Part shown: positions 8,721 through 17,926 of the stretch, one piece after another
Layout: each line of letters opens with the position of its first letter
Position numbering within the stretch: position 1 is the first letter of the stretch
Assembly: GCA_964482205.1 (NCBI GenBank)
Contig: CAYZWI010000009.1
Coordinates: 79,586 to 143,585 of the forward strand
Length of the DNA: 64,000 nt
Direction: 5' to 3'
Origin: an uncultured bacterium
Lineage (GTDB): Bacteria; Eisenbacteria; RBG-16-71-46; CAIMUX01; WJJG01
Program-made: the position numbers and the translations under genes
The notes under the pieces: model-generated
Told to the model about the DNA's origin: nothing
What the model saw: only the letters and a program-made list of their open reading frames with translations
Databases searched by the model: none

Positions 8721-10049
8721 ATGCAGGCGGGTCGAAGACGCATCGTGATTCTCGGGGCGGGCGGCAGGGACTTCCACAATTTCAACATGGTCTACCGGCG
8801 CGACCCCTCGGTGGAGATCGTCGCCTTCACGGCCGCCCAGATTCCCGGAATCGACAAACGCTACTATCCGCCTGTTCTTGCGGGCGAGCTCTATCCCAAG
8901 GGCATCCCGATCGTGCCCGAGGAGACGCTTCCCGATCTCGTCGCCCGCGAGAAGATCGATGAAGTCGTGCTCGCCTACTCGGATCTTTCGAGTGAGACCG
9001 TGATGGCGAAGGCCGCCTGGGTGCAATGCCTCGGCCCGCACTTCACCCTGCTCGGGACCGCCGCCACGCAGGCGCGCAGCACGAAGCCGGTGATCGCGAT
9101 CCAGGCGGTGCGCACCGGCAGCGGCAAGAGCCAGACTTCCCGGCGAGTCTCCTCGATTCTCCACAAGCTCGGCAAGAAGGCGGTCGCCGTCCGCCATCCG
9201 ATGCCGTATGGCGATCTCGCCCGGCAGGGCGTGCAGCGCTTCGCGACCATCGAGGATCTCGCCCGGCATGAATGCACGATCGAGGAGATGGAAGAGTACG
9301 AACCGCACATCATGAACGGAACGATCTGCTACGCCGGCGTGGACTACGAAGCGATCCTGCGCGAAGCGGAGAAGGAAGCCGATGTCGTCATCTGGGACGG
9401 CGGCAACAACGACTTCTCCTTCTACAAGCCCGATCTGACGATCACGATCCTCGACGCGCACCGTCCGGGCCACGAGCTTTCGTACTATCCGGGCCGCACC
9501 TGTTTCCTGAATGCCGATGTGCTGCTCATCAACAAGATCGATACGGCGGAACCGGCGGCGGTGGAAGTCGTGCGCGCGAACATCCGCCGGTACAATCCGC
9601 GCGCGACGGTGATCGACGCGGCCTCTCCGCTCTTCGTCGATGACCCCACGCTCGTCACCGGCAAGCGCGTGCTGGTGGTCGAGGACGGCCCCACGCTGAC
9701 GCACGGAGGCATGGCCTATGGCGCGGGAGTGCTCGCGGCGCGCAAGCTCGGGGCGGCCGAGCTGATCGATCCGCGGCCATGGCTGGTGGGCAGTCTGGCG
9801 GATACCTTCAAGATCTATCCCGGCATCGGCACCCTGCTGCCCGCCATGGGATATGGGGAGGAGCAAGTGCGCGACCTGGAGCGCACGATTGCGCAAGTGC
9901 CGTGCGATGCCGTGGTCATCGGCACTCCCATCGATCTGCGCAGGATCGTGCGGATCAAACAGCCCTCCTGCCGGGTGAACTATGAGCTGCAGGAAATCGG
10001 CCAGCCGACGCTCGAGGATGTGATCTCCGCGTTCCTTTCCCGCCGGTAG
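8721..10049 (+). CDS. COG2403-family P-loop protein, cyclic 2,3-diphosphoglycerate synthetase-like
   Basis: 442 aa with P-loop IQAVRTGSGKSQTS. Size and overall pattern match the cpgS-like family. GGGAGG RBS upstream. The opposite-strand ORF 8670..10298 is rejected as a high-GC artefact. Confidence 0.5.
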   Translation: MQAGRRRIVILGAGGRDFHNFNMVYRRDPSVEIVAFTAAQIPGIDKRYYPPVLAGELYPKGIPIVPEETLPDLVAREKIDEVVLAYSDLSSETVMAKAAWVQCLGPHFTLLGTAATQARSTKPVIAIQAVRTGSGKSQTSRRVSSILHKLGKKAVAVRHPMPYGDLARQGVQRFATIEDLARHECTIEEMEEYEPHIMNGTICYAGVDYEAILREAEKEADVVIWDGGNNDFSFYKPDLTITILDAHRPGHELSYYPGRTCFLNADVLLINKIDTAEPAAVEVVRANIRRYNPRATVIDAASPLFVDDPTLVTGKRVLVVEDGPTLTHGGMAYGAGVLAARKLGAAELIDPRPWLVGSLADTFKIYPGIGTLLPAMGYGEEQVRDLERTIAQVPCDAVVIGTPIDLRRIVRIKQPSCRVNYELQEIGQPTLEDVISAFLSRR

Positions 10050-10064
10050 CCTGGGTAGGGCCGG

Positions 10065-10131
10065 CCCTCGGCAAGGGCACGGCCACGGGGAGGGCTGGCA
10101 GCCTCGGCAAGGGCGCAGCCACGGCGAGGGC
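10065..10131. repeat. Two tandem 31-nt direct repeats (CCTCGGCAAGGGC[A/G]C[G/A]GCCACGG[G/C]GAGGGC) separated by 5 nt
   Basis: Read directly from the intergenic region between the cpgS-like gene and ndk. Confidence 0.6.
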
Positions 10132-10203
10132 AGGGATGCCGGCGAATGGGCAGACAACAGGCCGGGACGGCGACAGTCTCTACGAGTCGCGGGGGAGGCT
10201 CGC

Positions 10204-10626
10204 TTGCAGCAGACGCTCTTGATGATCAAGCCCGACGCGGTTTCGCGCGGGATGGCGGGGAGGATCCTCGCCCGCCTGGAGGCGGAAGGCTTCGCCATCC
10301 GCAGGCTGAAGCTCGTCCACTTGCAGCGGGAAGAGGCGCGCCGCTTCTATGCCGTGCACGAGGGCAAGCCCTTCCTCGAGGGACTGGTCGATTACATCTC
10401 ATCGGGCCCCTTGTGCGCGGTGGTGCTCGAGCGCGAAGATGCGATCGTGCGTCTGCGGGCTCTGGTGGGGGCGACCGATCCCGCCGCCGCGGCGGAGGGG
10501 ACGATTCGCAAGGAATTCGGCATCGACCGCACCCACAATGCGGTGCACGCATCCGACGCGCCGGAAACGGCCGCGGTGGAGATCGCGTTCTTTGGATTGA
10601 CCCTCTCCCGCGAGGGAGGCCGCTAG
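10204..10626 (+). CDS. ndk: Nucleoside diphosphate kinase
   Basis: QQTLLMIKPDAVSRG...NAVHASDAPETAAVEIAFF is an unmistakable NDK signature. TTG start with GGGGGAGG RBS. Confidence 0.9.
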   Translation: MQQTLLMIKPDAVSRGMAGRILARLEAEGFAIRRLKLVHLQREEARRFYAVHEGKPFLEGLVDYISSGPLCAVVLEREDAIVRLRALVGATDPAAAAEGTIRKEFGIDRTHNAVHASDAPETAAVEIAFFGLTLSREGGR

Positions 10627-10628
10627 GA

Positions 10629-11177
10629 ATGGACGGCGTCCTGCGCTTCGTGCTGCGCGACATCTCGCAGGGCGAGAGCGCGCGCACGGCCGAGCTGGCC
10701 GCGGCGGATCTCGACCTGCTGGTCGCCGACGCCGAGTTCGCCGGCCCCGTGCGGGTCGAGCTCTCGCTCGTCCGCGTGGATGAGCAGGTGCAGTTTCGCG
10801 GCCGGGCGCTCTTGCGCGTGCGCCAGCAATGCGTGCGCTGCCTCGATCCGGTCGAGTGCGAGCTGCAGGTGCCGATCGAGGCGGTCGCCCGGCGAAGGGG
10901 CGTGCGGGAGACCGATCGGCTTGCGGCCGATGGGCTGATCCTGCACGACGGCGAGGAAATCGATCTCGCCGGCGAAGTGCGCGAGCTCATTCTGCTCGGC
11001 ATTCCGCAGACGCCCGTCTGCCGCGAGGATTGTCCCGGCCTCTGCCCGCAGTGCGGGGCGCAGCGCAGCGCGGGGGCATGCGGATGCGAGAAAGTGGAAC
11101 CGGTCGACCCGCGCTGGCGCGGTCTGCAATCGCTTCAAGACGCGCCGAAGCCTCGATCGAAAGAGAGAACGAAGTAA
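10629..11177 (+). CDS. yceD: YceD/DUF177 family protein (23S rRNA accumulation protein)
   Basis: CxxC...CxxC metal-binding pairs (CVRCLDPV ... CPGLCPQCGAQ). Conserved position immediately upstream of rpmF. Confidence 0.75.
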   Translation: MDGVLRFVLRDISQGESARTAELAAADLDLLVADAEFAGPVRVELSLVRVDEQVQFRGRALLRVRQQCVRCLDPVECELQVPIEAVARRRGVRETDRLAADGLILHDGEEIDLAGEVRELILLGIPQTPVCREDCPGLCPQCGAQRSAGACGCEKVEPVDPRWRGLQSLQDAPKPRSKERTK

Positions 11178-11255
11178 GCCCGGCTGGCCCGCATTGCGCG
11201 GGCCGCATGAAGCCGCCCGGATGGGCGCGCTTCCTGGAAACGAAAGGAGTGCTCC

Positions 11256-11441
11256 ATGGCTGTCCCGAAGCGTCGTCATTCGCGCCAGCGCCAGGCCAAG
11301 CGCCGCGCGAACTGGAAGGCCTCGGCGCCGGTCGCCGCCGTCGCCTGCCCTCATTGCGGCCAGGCGAAGCGGCCGCACCGGATCTGCCCTCATTGCGGCC
11401 ATTATCGCGGCGAAGAGGTCCTTCTCGTGAAGGAAGAGTAG
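11256..11441 (+). CDS. rpmF: 50S ribosomal protein L32
   Basis: MAVPKRRHSRQRQAKRRANW... with CPHCGQ...CPHCG zinc ribbon. Confidence 0.9.
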   Translation: MAVPKRRHSRQRQAKRRANWKASAPVAAVACPHCGQAKRPHRICPHCGHYRGEEVLLVKEE

Positions 11442-11542
11442 CTCGCGCCGCTCCGTCGTCGCCTTCCAACGGCGCGTCCGTCGCCCGGCCTTCCGCCGGG
11501 CTCGTTCCACGCCGTCCGGCTCAACTCGAGGAATGACGATCG

Positions 11543-12592
11543 ATGTTCGACTCCACTCGCCGCGTGCGAATCGCGCTCGACGCCATGGGCGGCGACCACG
11601 GCCCCGAGATCGTCATTCGCGGCGCCATCGAGGCGTTGCGGACGATCGAGGGGAATTTCGAGATCCTGCTCGTAGGCAATGAGCCGGTCATCTGGGAGAT
11701 CTTGTCCCGGCTGGACCCCGGTCCCTTGCCTCTCTTCAGCGTCCACGCCGAGGAGCAGGTGGAAATGGCGGAGAAGGCGCCGCGCGCTTTCCGCACGAAG
11801 CCCCGTTCCTCGATTGCCGTCTGCACCAGCCTGGTCGGCCGCCAGAGGGCTCAGGCGCTGGTCAGTGCGGGCAACACCGGGGCCGTGGTCGCCGCCTCGC
11901 TCCTCAACCTCGGCCGCATGCCGGGCATCCACCGGCCGGCGATCGCCGTGACCTTCCCGACCGCCCGGGGCCACTGCGTCGTCCTCGATGTCGGCGCGAA
12001 CGCCGACTGCAAGCCGGTGCACCTCTTTCAGTTCGCGCTGATGGGACGGATCTTCGCCAACGTCGTGCTCGGGATCTCTCAGCCCCGGGTGGGGCTGATG
12101 AACATCGGCGAGGAGCCCACCAAGGGAAGCGCGCTTGCCCAGGCGGCCCATCATCTGCTGGCCGCGGAGCGCGAGCGGCTGAACTTCGTCGGTAATGTCG
12201 AGGGCCGGGACATTTTCGATGGCGGAGCGGATGTCGTTGTATGTGACGGCTTTACAGGCAATGTCATCCTCAAGCTGGCGGGCAGTATCGCCTCTTTCGG
12301 GGGGCGGATGGCGGCGAACGCCCTGAAGCGCAGCCTCATCTATCAGATGGGCGCGCTTCTGCTGAAGCCGGCGATCATGGATCTGAAGCGCCGGTTCGAC
12401 TACGAAGAATACGGCGGGGCTTTGCTGCTCGGCACTCGCGGCATCTCCGTCATCTGCCACGGCAAGTCTTCTCCGCGGGCGATCAAGAACGCCCTCCGGG
12501 TGGCCTTGCGGGCAACCGAGCGTGATATGGAAGGTATTATCGCGCAAGAGCTTGCAGGGCAGGAGCCGACCGTCCTCCCGGTCGCCCGGTAG
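11543..12592 (+). CDS. plsX: Phosphate acyltransferase PlsX
   Basis: RIALDAMGGDHGP... is the PlsX N-terminus. Conserved rpmF-plsX synteny. Confidence 0.9.
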   Translation: MFDSTRRVRIALDAMGGDHGPEIVIRGAIEALRTIEGNFEILLVGNEPVIWEILSRLDPGPLPLFSVHAEEQVEMAEKAPRAFRTKPRSSIAVCTSLVGRQRAQALVSAGNTGAVVAASLLNLGRMPGIHRPAIAVTFPTARGHCVVLDVGANADCKPVHLFQFALMGRIFANVVLGISQPRVGLMNIGEEPTKGSALAQAAHHLLAAERERLNFVGNVEGRDIFDGGADVVVCDGFTGNVILKLAGSIASFGGRMAANALKRSLIYQMGALLLKPAIMDLKRRFDYEEYGGALLLGTRGISVICHGKSSPRAIKNALRVALRATERDMEGIIAQELAGQEPTVLPVAR

Positions 12593-12601
12593 GGCCTGTC
12601 A

Positions 12602-12625
12602 GCGTCCCAAGAACGCTTGGGACGC
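12602..12625 (+). terminator. Perfect 10-bp-stem hairpin (GCGTCCCAAG-aacg-CTTGGGACGC) immediately after the plsX stop
   Basis: Read directly from the sequence. There is no T-tract, which is common in high-GC genomes, so it is a possible intrinsic terminator or attenuator between plsX and fabD. Confidence 0.4.
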
Positions 12626-12827
12626 GGCCGACGCGGTCATCGGCCGGCCCGTTTTCATCCAGGGCGCCGGATCCGGCGGGCTCTTCCAGGGGCGAAAGTG
12701 CTTGCAAGGCTTGCCGGATGAGTCTAAAAGGGTCCAACTCGGGTGAATATACTGCGGCCGAGCGTGCAGCCACCACGCCGGCCGTCAAAGGAAGGGGCGC
12801 CCAAACTCCGGCTGGCGCCGAAAAACC

Positions 12828-13781
12828 ATGAAAGTACTTCTCTTTCCTGGACAGGGCTCGCAGTTCGTGGGGATGGCCCGCGATCTATGTGAGTCATTCC
12901 CTTCGGCCAAGGCGATCTGCGACCGGGCCGACGAGGTCCTCGGCTTTTCCCTGAGCAAGATCATGTTCGAGGGGCCCGAGGAGACTCTCCGGCAGACGCA
13001 TAACGCCCAGCCCGCGATTCTCGTTCACTCCATGGCCGCCTGGTCGGTCCTGGAGCCGGCCTGGAAGACGGAGCAGTTTCTGGCGGCGGGCCACAGCCTC
13101 GGCGAGTACAGCGCGCATGTGGCGGCCGGCGTTCTCGCATTCGACGACGCGGTCAAGCTGGTTCGGCGGCGCGGCGAGCTGATGCTCGAAGCCGGGCGGC
13201 AGAACCCAGGCACGATGGCGGCGGTCTTGAACGCGAGCTTCGACCAGGTGCGCGCCGCCTGCCTCGAAGTCGACGGGCTGGTCGTTCCCGCGAACTGGAA
13301 CTCCCCGGCCCAAGTGGTCATCTCCGGCGAGCACTCCGCTGTCCGGGCGGCCACCGAGACGCTGAAGAAGGCGGGCGTGCGCAAGGTCATCGAGCTCAAG
13401 GTGAGCGGGGCGTTCCATTCCCCTCTCATGGAGCCCGCCGCTACCGGGCTCGAAGAGGCCTTGGCGGGTGTTGCCCTGAACGACGCGCGCTTCCCGGTGA
13501 TCGCCAACGCCACGGGGGAGCCGGTGACGGAGGGCGCCGAAGCCCGCCGGCTGCTGGTCAGGCAGCTCCTGAGCCCGGTTCTTTGGGAGCCGACGCTCCG
13601 CCGGCTGGTGGAGTCGCATCCGGACGAGTTTTGCGAAATCGGTCCTGGGCAGGTGCTGAAGGGCCTGCTCAAGGCCACTTCTCCCGAACAGACCTGCCGC
13701 TCCCTTGGGACGGCCGGCGAGCTGCGCGAAGCTCTCGGCCTGCCCGCGGAGCGGGAGGCCGTGTCCGAGGAGAGCCGCTGA
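12828..13781 (+). CDS. fabD: Malonyl-CoA:ACP transacylase
   Basis: [13 protein letters not shown]...GHSLGEYSA are the FabD active-site motifs. Confidence 0.9.
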   Translation: MKVLLFPGQGSQFVGMARDLCESFPSAKAICDRADEVLGFSLSKIMFEGPEETLRQTHNAQPAILVHSMAAWSVLEPAWKTEQFLAAGHSLGEYSAHVAAGVLAFDDAVKLVRRRGELMLEAGRQNPGTMAAVLNASFDQVRAACLEVDGLVVPANWNSPAQVVISGEHSAVRAATETLKKAGVRKVIELKVSGAFHSPLMEPAATGLEEALAGVALNDARFPVIANATGEPVTEGAEARRLLVRQLLSPVLWEPTLRRLVESHPDEFCEIGPGQVLKGLLKATSPEQTCRSLGTAGELREALGLPAEREAVSEESR

Positions 13782-13876
13782 TCGGTAGCCTGTCCCGCCC
13801 TCGAAGAGGCGGGGCGGGGCTGCATGGACGGAAATCCGACAGGCAGAGACGCTGTGTTCGAGCAAGGAGGAGCACA

Positions 13877-14125
13877 ATGGACTACGCCCAGAAGGTGCGC
13901 GAGATCATCGTGGAGCAGCTTGGCGTCACCCCCGAGCAGGTGGTTCCCGAGGCTTCGTTCATCGACGATTTAGGAGCCGATTCGCTGGATACGGTCGAGC
14001 TCGTCATGGCCTTCGAGGACGCGTTCAGCGTCGAAATCCCCGATGAGGATGCCGAGAAGCTGACCCGCGTCGGAGACGCGATCGAATATCTGAAGACCCG
14101 GCTTGCGGAGAAGGCCAACGGCTAA
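13877..14125 (+). CDS. acpP: Acyl carrier protein
   Basis: [16 protein letters not shown] with the phosphopantetheine-attachment serine. AGGAGGAGCACA RBS. The start was computed from ORF 13583 frame plus residue offset. Confidence 0.9.
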   Translation: MDYAQKVREIIVEQLGVTPEQVVPEASFIDDLGADSLDTVELVMAFEDAFSVEIPDEDAEKLTRVGDAIEYLKTRLAEKANG

Positions 14126-14174
14126 GCGGCGCGACTCGAACACCAATCCGGTCGCTTCACCGAAAGGAATCGCG

Positions 14175-15413
14175 ATGAAGAGGCGTGTTGCGATCACGGG
14201 CCTGGGAATGGTCGTGCCCGTCGGCAACGATGTGCCCACCAGCTGGAAGAATCTCATCGCCGGCCGGGGCGGCATCGGTCCGCTGACCCGTTTCGACTGC
14301 TCGCAGTACACCAGCCGGATCGCGGGCGAAATCAAGGGTTTCGATCCCGAGAAGGTGATCGAGCGAAAGACGCTTCGTCACACCGACATCTTCGTTCAGT
14401 ACGCGTGGATCGCGTCGCACGAAGCGTTCGCCTCCTCCGGCCTGAACGGCAATCGTCCGGATCCCGATCGCTTCGCCGTCATCATCGGCTCGGGGATCGG
14501 CGGGATCACGACGCTCGAGGCGCAGCACAAGGTGCTGCTCGATCGCGGACCCGGCCGGGTCAGCCCCTTCTTCGTGCCCATGATGATCTCCGACATGGCG
14601 AGCGGCCAGCTCTCGATCGCCTTCGATGCCAAGGGGCCGAACTTCTGCACCGTTTCGGCCTGCGCCTCGGGCGCGCACGCGATCGGCGAGGCGTATCGTC
14701 TCATCGTCGACAATCGCGCGGATGTGGCCATGGCGGGCGGAAGCGAATCGCCGCTCACCCCGCTGGCGCTGTCCGGCTTCTGCTCGATGAACGCGCTCAG
14801 CACCCGCAACGACGATCCCACCCGCGCCAGCCGTCCCTTCGACAAGGAACGCGACGGGTTCGTGATGTCGGAAGGGGCAGGCACGCTGATTCTCGAGGAA
14901 TGGGAATTCGCCCGGCACCGCGGCGCGCCGATCCTCGCCGAGCTCATCGGCTATGGCTCCAGCGCGGACGCATATCATGTGACCGCGCCTTCTCCCACGG
15001 GAGCGGGAGCGGCCCGCGCGATGGCGCTCGCCCTGGCCGATGCGGAGATGTCGCCCGAACAGATCGACTATGTGAACGCTCATGGCACGTCCACTCCGCT
15101 GAACGACAGGGGCGAGACGCAGGCGATTCGTGCCGTTTTCGGAGCCCATGCGGATCGGCTGGCGGTGAGCTCGACGAAGTCGATGACTGGGCACCTGCTG
15201 GGAGCCGCCGGCGCGGTCGAGCTGATCGCCTGCACTCTCGCGATTCGCGACGGCATCGTGCCGCCGACGATCAATTACGAAGTGCCGGATCCCGAATGCA
15301 ATCTCGACTATGTGCCGAATGAGGCGCGCCGCATGAAGGTGCGCACGGCGCTCTCCAATTCGCTCGGCTTCGGCGGCCACAATGTCTCTTTGATCGTCAA
15401 AGCGCCCTCCTAG
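14175..15413 (+). CDS. fabF: 3-oxoacyl-ACP synthase II
   Basis: RVAITGLGMVVPVGN... with the CASG active-site region (TVSACASGAHAIGEA) and the HGTST/GHLLGAAG motifs. Confidence 0.9.
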   Translation: MKRRVAITGLGMVVPVGNDVPTSWKNLIAGRGGIGPLTRFDCSQYTSRIAGEIKGFDPEKVIERKTLRHTDIFVQYAWIASHEAFASSGLNGNRPDPDRFAVIIGSGIGGITTLEAQHKVLLDRGPGRVSPFFVPMMISDMASGQLSIAFDAKGPNFCTVSACASGAHAIGEAYRLIVDNRADVAMAGGSESPLTPLALSGFCSMNALSTRNDDPTRASRPFDKERDGFVMSEGAGTLILEEWEFARHRGAPILAELIGYGSSADAYHVTAPSPTGAGAARAMALALADAEMSPEQIDYVNAHGTSTPLNDRGETQAIRAVFGAHADRLAVSSTKSMTGHLLGAAGAVELIACTLAIRDGIVPPTINYEVPDPECNLDYVPNEARRMKVRTALSNSLGFGGHNVSLIVKAPS

Positions 15414-15427
15414 GGCCGGAAGTCCGG

Positions 15428-16243
15428 ATGAACGGCTTGTCCTCCTGGGTGGCGGCTCTGCGCCGGCTCTCGCGTCGTCCGTTGCGCGATCGGCAGACGA
15501 CCGAGCGGGACGAGAGCCTCCACTCGATTCTGCGCGCCTTCCAGACTCGCGCAGGCGTGCGCTTCCACGATCTCACCCTGCTTCGCCGCGCGCTCACCCA
15601 TCGCTCCTATCTCGGCGGCGAAGAGGCGCATGGGCCCGAATCGAACGAGCGCCTCGAATTCCTGGGCGATGCGGTGCTCGAGCTGATCGTCATCGAGTAC
15701 CTCTTTCAGCGCTTTCCCCTCGATCGCGAAGGCGAGCTCACCCAAAAGAAATCGGTGCTGGTGAGCAGGTCGGTGCTGGCCGACCGGGCCGAGCGTCTGG
15801 GACTGGGGCGGTTCATTCTCTTGAGCGACGCGGAACGGGGATCGGGCGGGAGCGAGCGCAGATCGATCCTGGCCGACGGATTCGAAGCGATTCTCGGCGG
15901 GATCTATCTCGACAGCGGGCTCGAAGAGAGCCGGGCCTTCGTGGATCGCTGGCTGCTTCAGCAAGCCGACAGGATTCTGCGGGACACCGAGAAGCAGAAT
16001 TTCAAGAGCATCCTGCAGGAGTTGATTCAGGCGCGGCTGCGCGTGCATCCGCGCTATCGCGTGCAAAGCGAAGTGGGGCCCGACCACGAGAAGCTCTTCA
16101 CCGTCGAAGTCATCGTGCGAGGCCGAGTGCTCGGGCGCGGGACGGGACGGAACAAGAAGGAATCCGAGCAGATGGCCGCCCGCGAGGCGCTCGACTCGGG
16201 AGAAGTGAGCCGCTGGCTTCGCGAGCAGCCGGACGAGAATTGA
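15428..16243 (+). CDS. rnc: Ribonuclease III
   Basis: ERLEFLGDAVLELIV is the RNase III signature, with a C-terminal dsRBD (KKESEQMAAREAL). Confidence 0.9.
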   Translation: MNGLSSWVAALRRLSRRPLRDRQTTERDESLHSILRAFQTRAGVRFHDLTLLRRALTHRSYLGGEEAHGPESNERLEFLGDAVLELIVIEYLFQRFPLDREGELTQKKSVLVSRSVLADRAERLGLGRFILLSDAERGSGGSERRSILADGFEAILGGIYLDSGLEESRAFVDRWLLQQADRILRDTEKQNFKSILQELIQARLRVHPRYRVQSEVGPDHEKLFTVEVIVRGRVLGRGTGRNKKESEQMAAREALDSGEVSRWLREQPDEN

Positions 16244-16345
16244 GGCCGGCAACGAACCCTGCCCGCGACGGCAAGCCGGCAACGCGGAACCTGCCTGCCC
16301 GAGGACGGCCCCATCGTGCGCTCGCCCCGTAACGCTGCCCGCCCG

Positions 16346-17707
16346 CTATTCCAGGCGAAATCCCGCCGTCACCAACAGGCGCCGTTCCGATTCCTTCTCG
16401 CGCAGATCGCTCCCGATCCGCGTGAAATGCCCAGAGGAGTAGGCCGCATCCACGGTCAACGATTGCGCGATCAACACCCCGATGCCTGCCGTCCACAGAA
16501 AGCGGTCGGGATCGAAGTCCGCCGCCCGGTACACCGGCACGGCCGTGTAGACAGGCTCTTCCTCTTGTTGCGGGGCCACTTCCTGCAGGAACGCGTCTTC
16601 CAACATGACGCGATACGGCACCGGCTCCCACGCGACCCCCGCGCGCACGCGCACGCCCGCCAAACCGAACTGATCGAGCAGGTATTCGCCTCCCGCGTGC
16701 ACATCCCAGGTCCGTTCGTACGCGAGCAGCCGCCGGCTGTCGGGATTGCCCGGATCTTCCTGGTAGCGGAGCGGGCCCTCGTAATCGATCTGAGTCCAGT
16801 CGGTGAAGCGCGCGTCGCCGGTCAGGAGCAGGCTGGGCAGGGTCGCACTCAGCCCCAGCCCCACACGGAAAGGAAGCGTGATGTCTTCGTCGACGGGGTA
16901 TTCGTCTCCGTAGATGTCGACGATCGATCCTTCGATGTTCAAATAGCGCGGCAGATCGATCGCCAGCCCGAGCCGCCCCCAGTCGCTCACGCGGGCGAGC
17001 GCGCCCACCGATCCGGTGTATCCGTCGATGTCGGCCTCCAAAATGTCGTGCGTGTCGAAGCCGCCGGCGAGATCGCGATAGACCCAGTCCTGCGTCCGCT
17101 CGCCGTGGATCCAAGTCACGCGCGCGCCCAGCGAGAGGGTGGGGGAGACATCGATCGCACCGCCCGCGCTGTATTCCCCGACCTGGCCTTCCTCGAAGAG
17201 ATCCTCCTGAATGGACCGGCCGCCGAAGTCCGCGCCCCTGCCGTACTGCAGGTCGAGCGGCCAGGGCGCCATGTACCCGAGCGCGATGACGGCGCTGCCG
17301 CGATAGGTGGGGAAGGGGTAGGCGAAGCCGAGCGCAGAAATGCGCGTGCGCGTCAGCTCGTTCTCCATCGATTGCCCGTGGAAGCTCGTTTCCGAAGTGC
17401 GGCGAAGATCGCTCAGCGTCCCCAGGAACTCGATGCGTTGAATGCGCGCCAGACCCGCCGGGTTGTAGCGCAGCGCGGTCGCGTCGTCGGAGACGGCGAT
17501 GTAGGCCCCTCCCATGCCGAGCGCGCGCGCGCTCACGGGCGCGTCGCGGGTGAGCGGGATGTCGGGCACCCAGAGATCCTCCTGCGCGCCCGCCGGCGTC
17601 AGCCAACCGCAGAAGGCCAGCAGAAGCCCTGCCGCGCACGCGAGCGGGCGGACGAACCCGCGGCGAGGATGACCGCAAGCGAGAGGCGAGACGCTCCAAC
17701 GCTTCAT
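16346..17707 (-). CDS. Outer-membrane beta-barrel protein, FadL/TodX/PorV-like
   Basis: Signal peptide, N-terminal GMGGAYIAVSDDATALRYNPAGLA (the FadL-family NPAG motif) and an amphipathic beta-strand pattern to the C-terminus. Convergent with rnc. Confidence 0.55.
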   Translation of the reverse strand: MKRWSVSPLACGHPRRGFVRPLACAAGLLLAFCGWLTPAGAQEDLWVPDIPLTRDAPVSARALGMGGAYIAVSDDATALRYNPAGLARIQRIEFLGTLSDLRRTSETSFHGQSMENELTRTRISALGFAYPFPTYRGSAVIALGYMAPWPLDLQYGRGADFGGRSIQEDLFEEGQVGEYSAGGAIDVSPTLSLGARVTWIHGERTQDWVYRDLAGGFDTHDILEADIDGYTGSVGALARVSDWGRLGLAIDLPRYLNIEGSIVDIYGDEYPVDEDITLPFRVGLGLSATLPSLLLTGDARFTDWTQIDYEGPLRYQEDPGNPDSRRLLAYERTWDVHAGGEYLLDQFGLAGVRVRAGVAWEPVPYRVMLEDAFLQEVAPQQEEEPVYTAVPVYRAADFDPDRFLWTAGIGVLIAQSLTVDAAYSSGHFTRIGSDLREKESERRLLVTAGFRLE

Positions 17708-17926
17708 TCTCTCTTCTCCTTCCCTAGCGCATTTCTGGCGCAGGGTTGCTGTTCTCTGTCGCCGCTCATGCGGGCGGCCGCCGCCATGGCCTTGCCAAAT
17801 GCGAGCGCGGAATGAGCGGGATGATAGGGCGCGGGCGCGGGATCTTCAACGACGCGCAACGGCCGGGGCGGCTCGTAGCGGCGCTGACAGGGCGCGCAGA
17901 CGCATGGCGGGGAATGCACACGCCCG

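Noticed and set aside
8670-10298. 542-aa minus-strand ORF overlapping the cpgS-like gene
   Set aside because: The plus-strand ORF has a P-loop, an RBS and a promoter. The minus-strand translation is His/Arg-rich junk.
10146-10628. N-terminal 161 codons of ORF 10146..11177 overlapping ndk in another frame
   Set aside because: The recognisable YceD/DUF177 protein begins at the ATG at 10629. The upstream part is an out-of-frame read-through over ndk.
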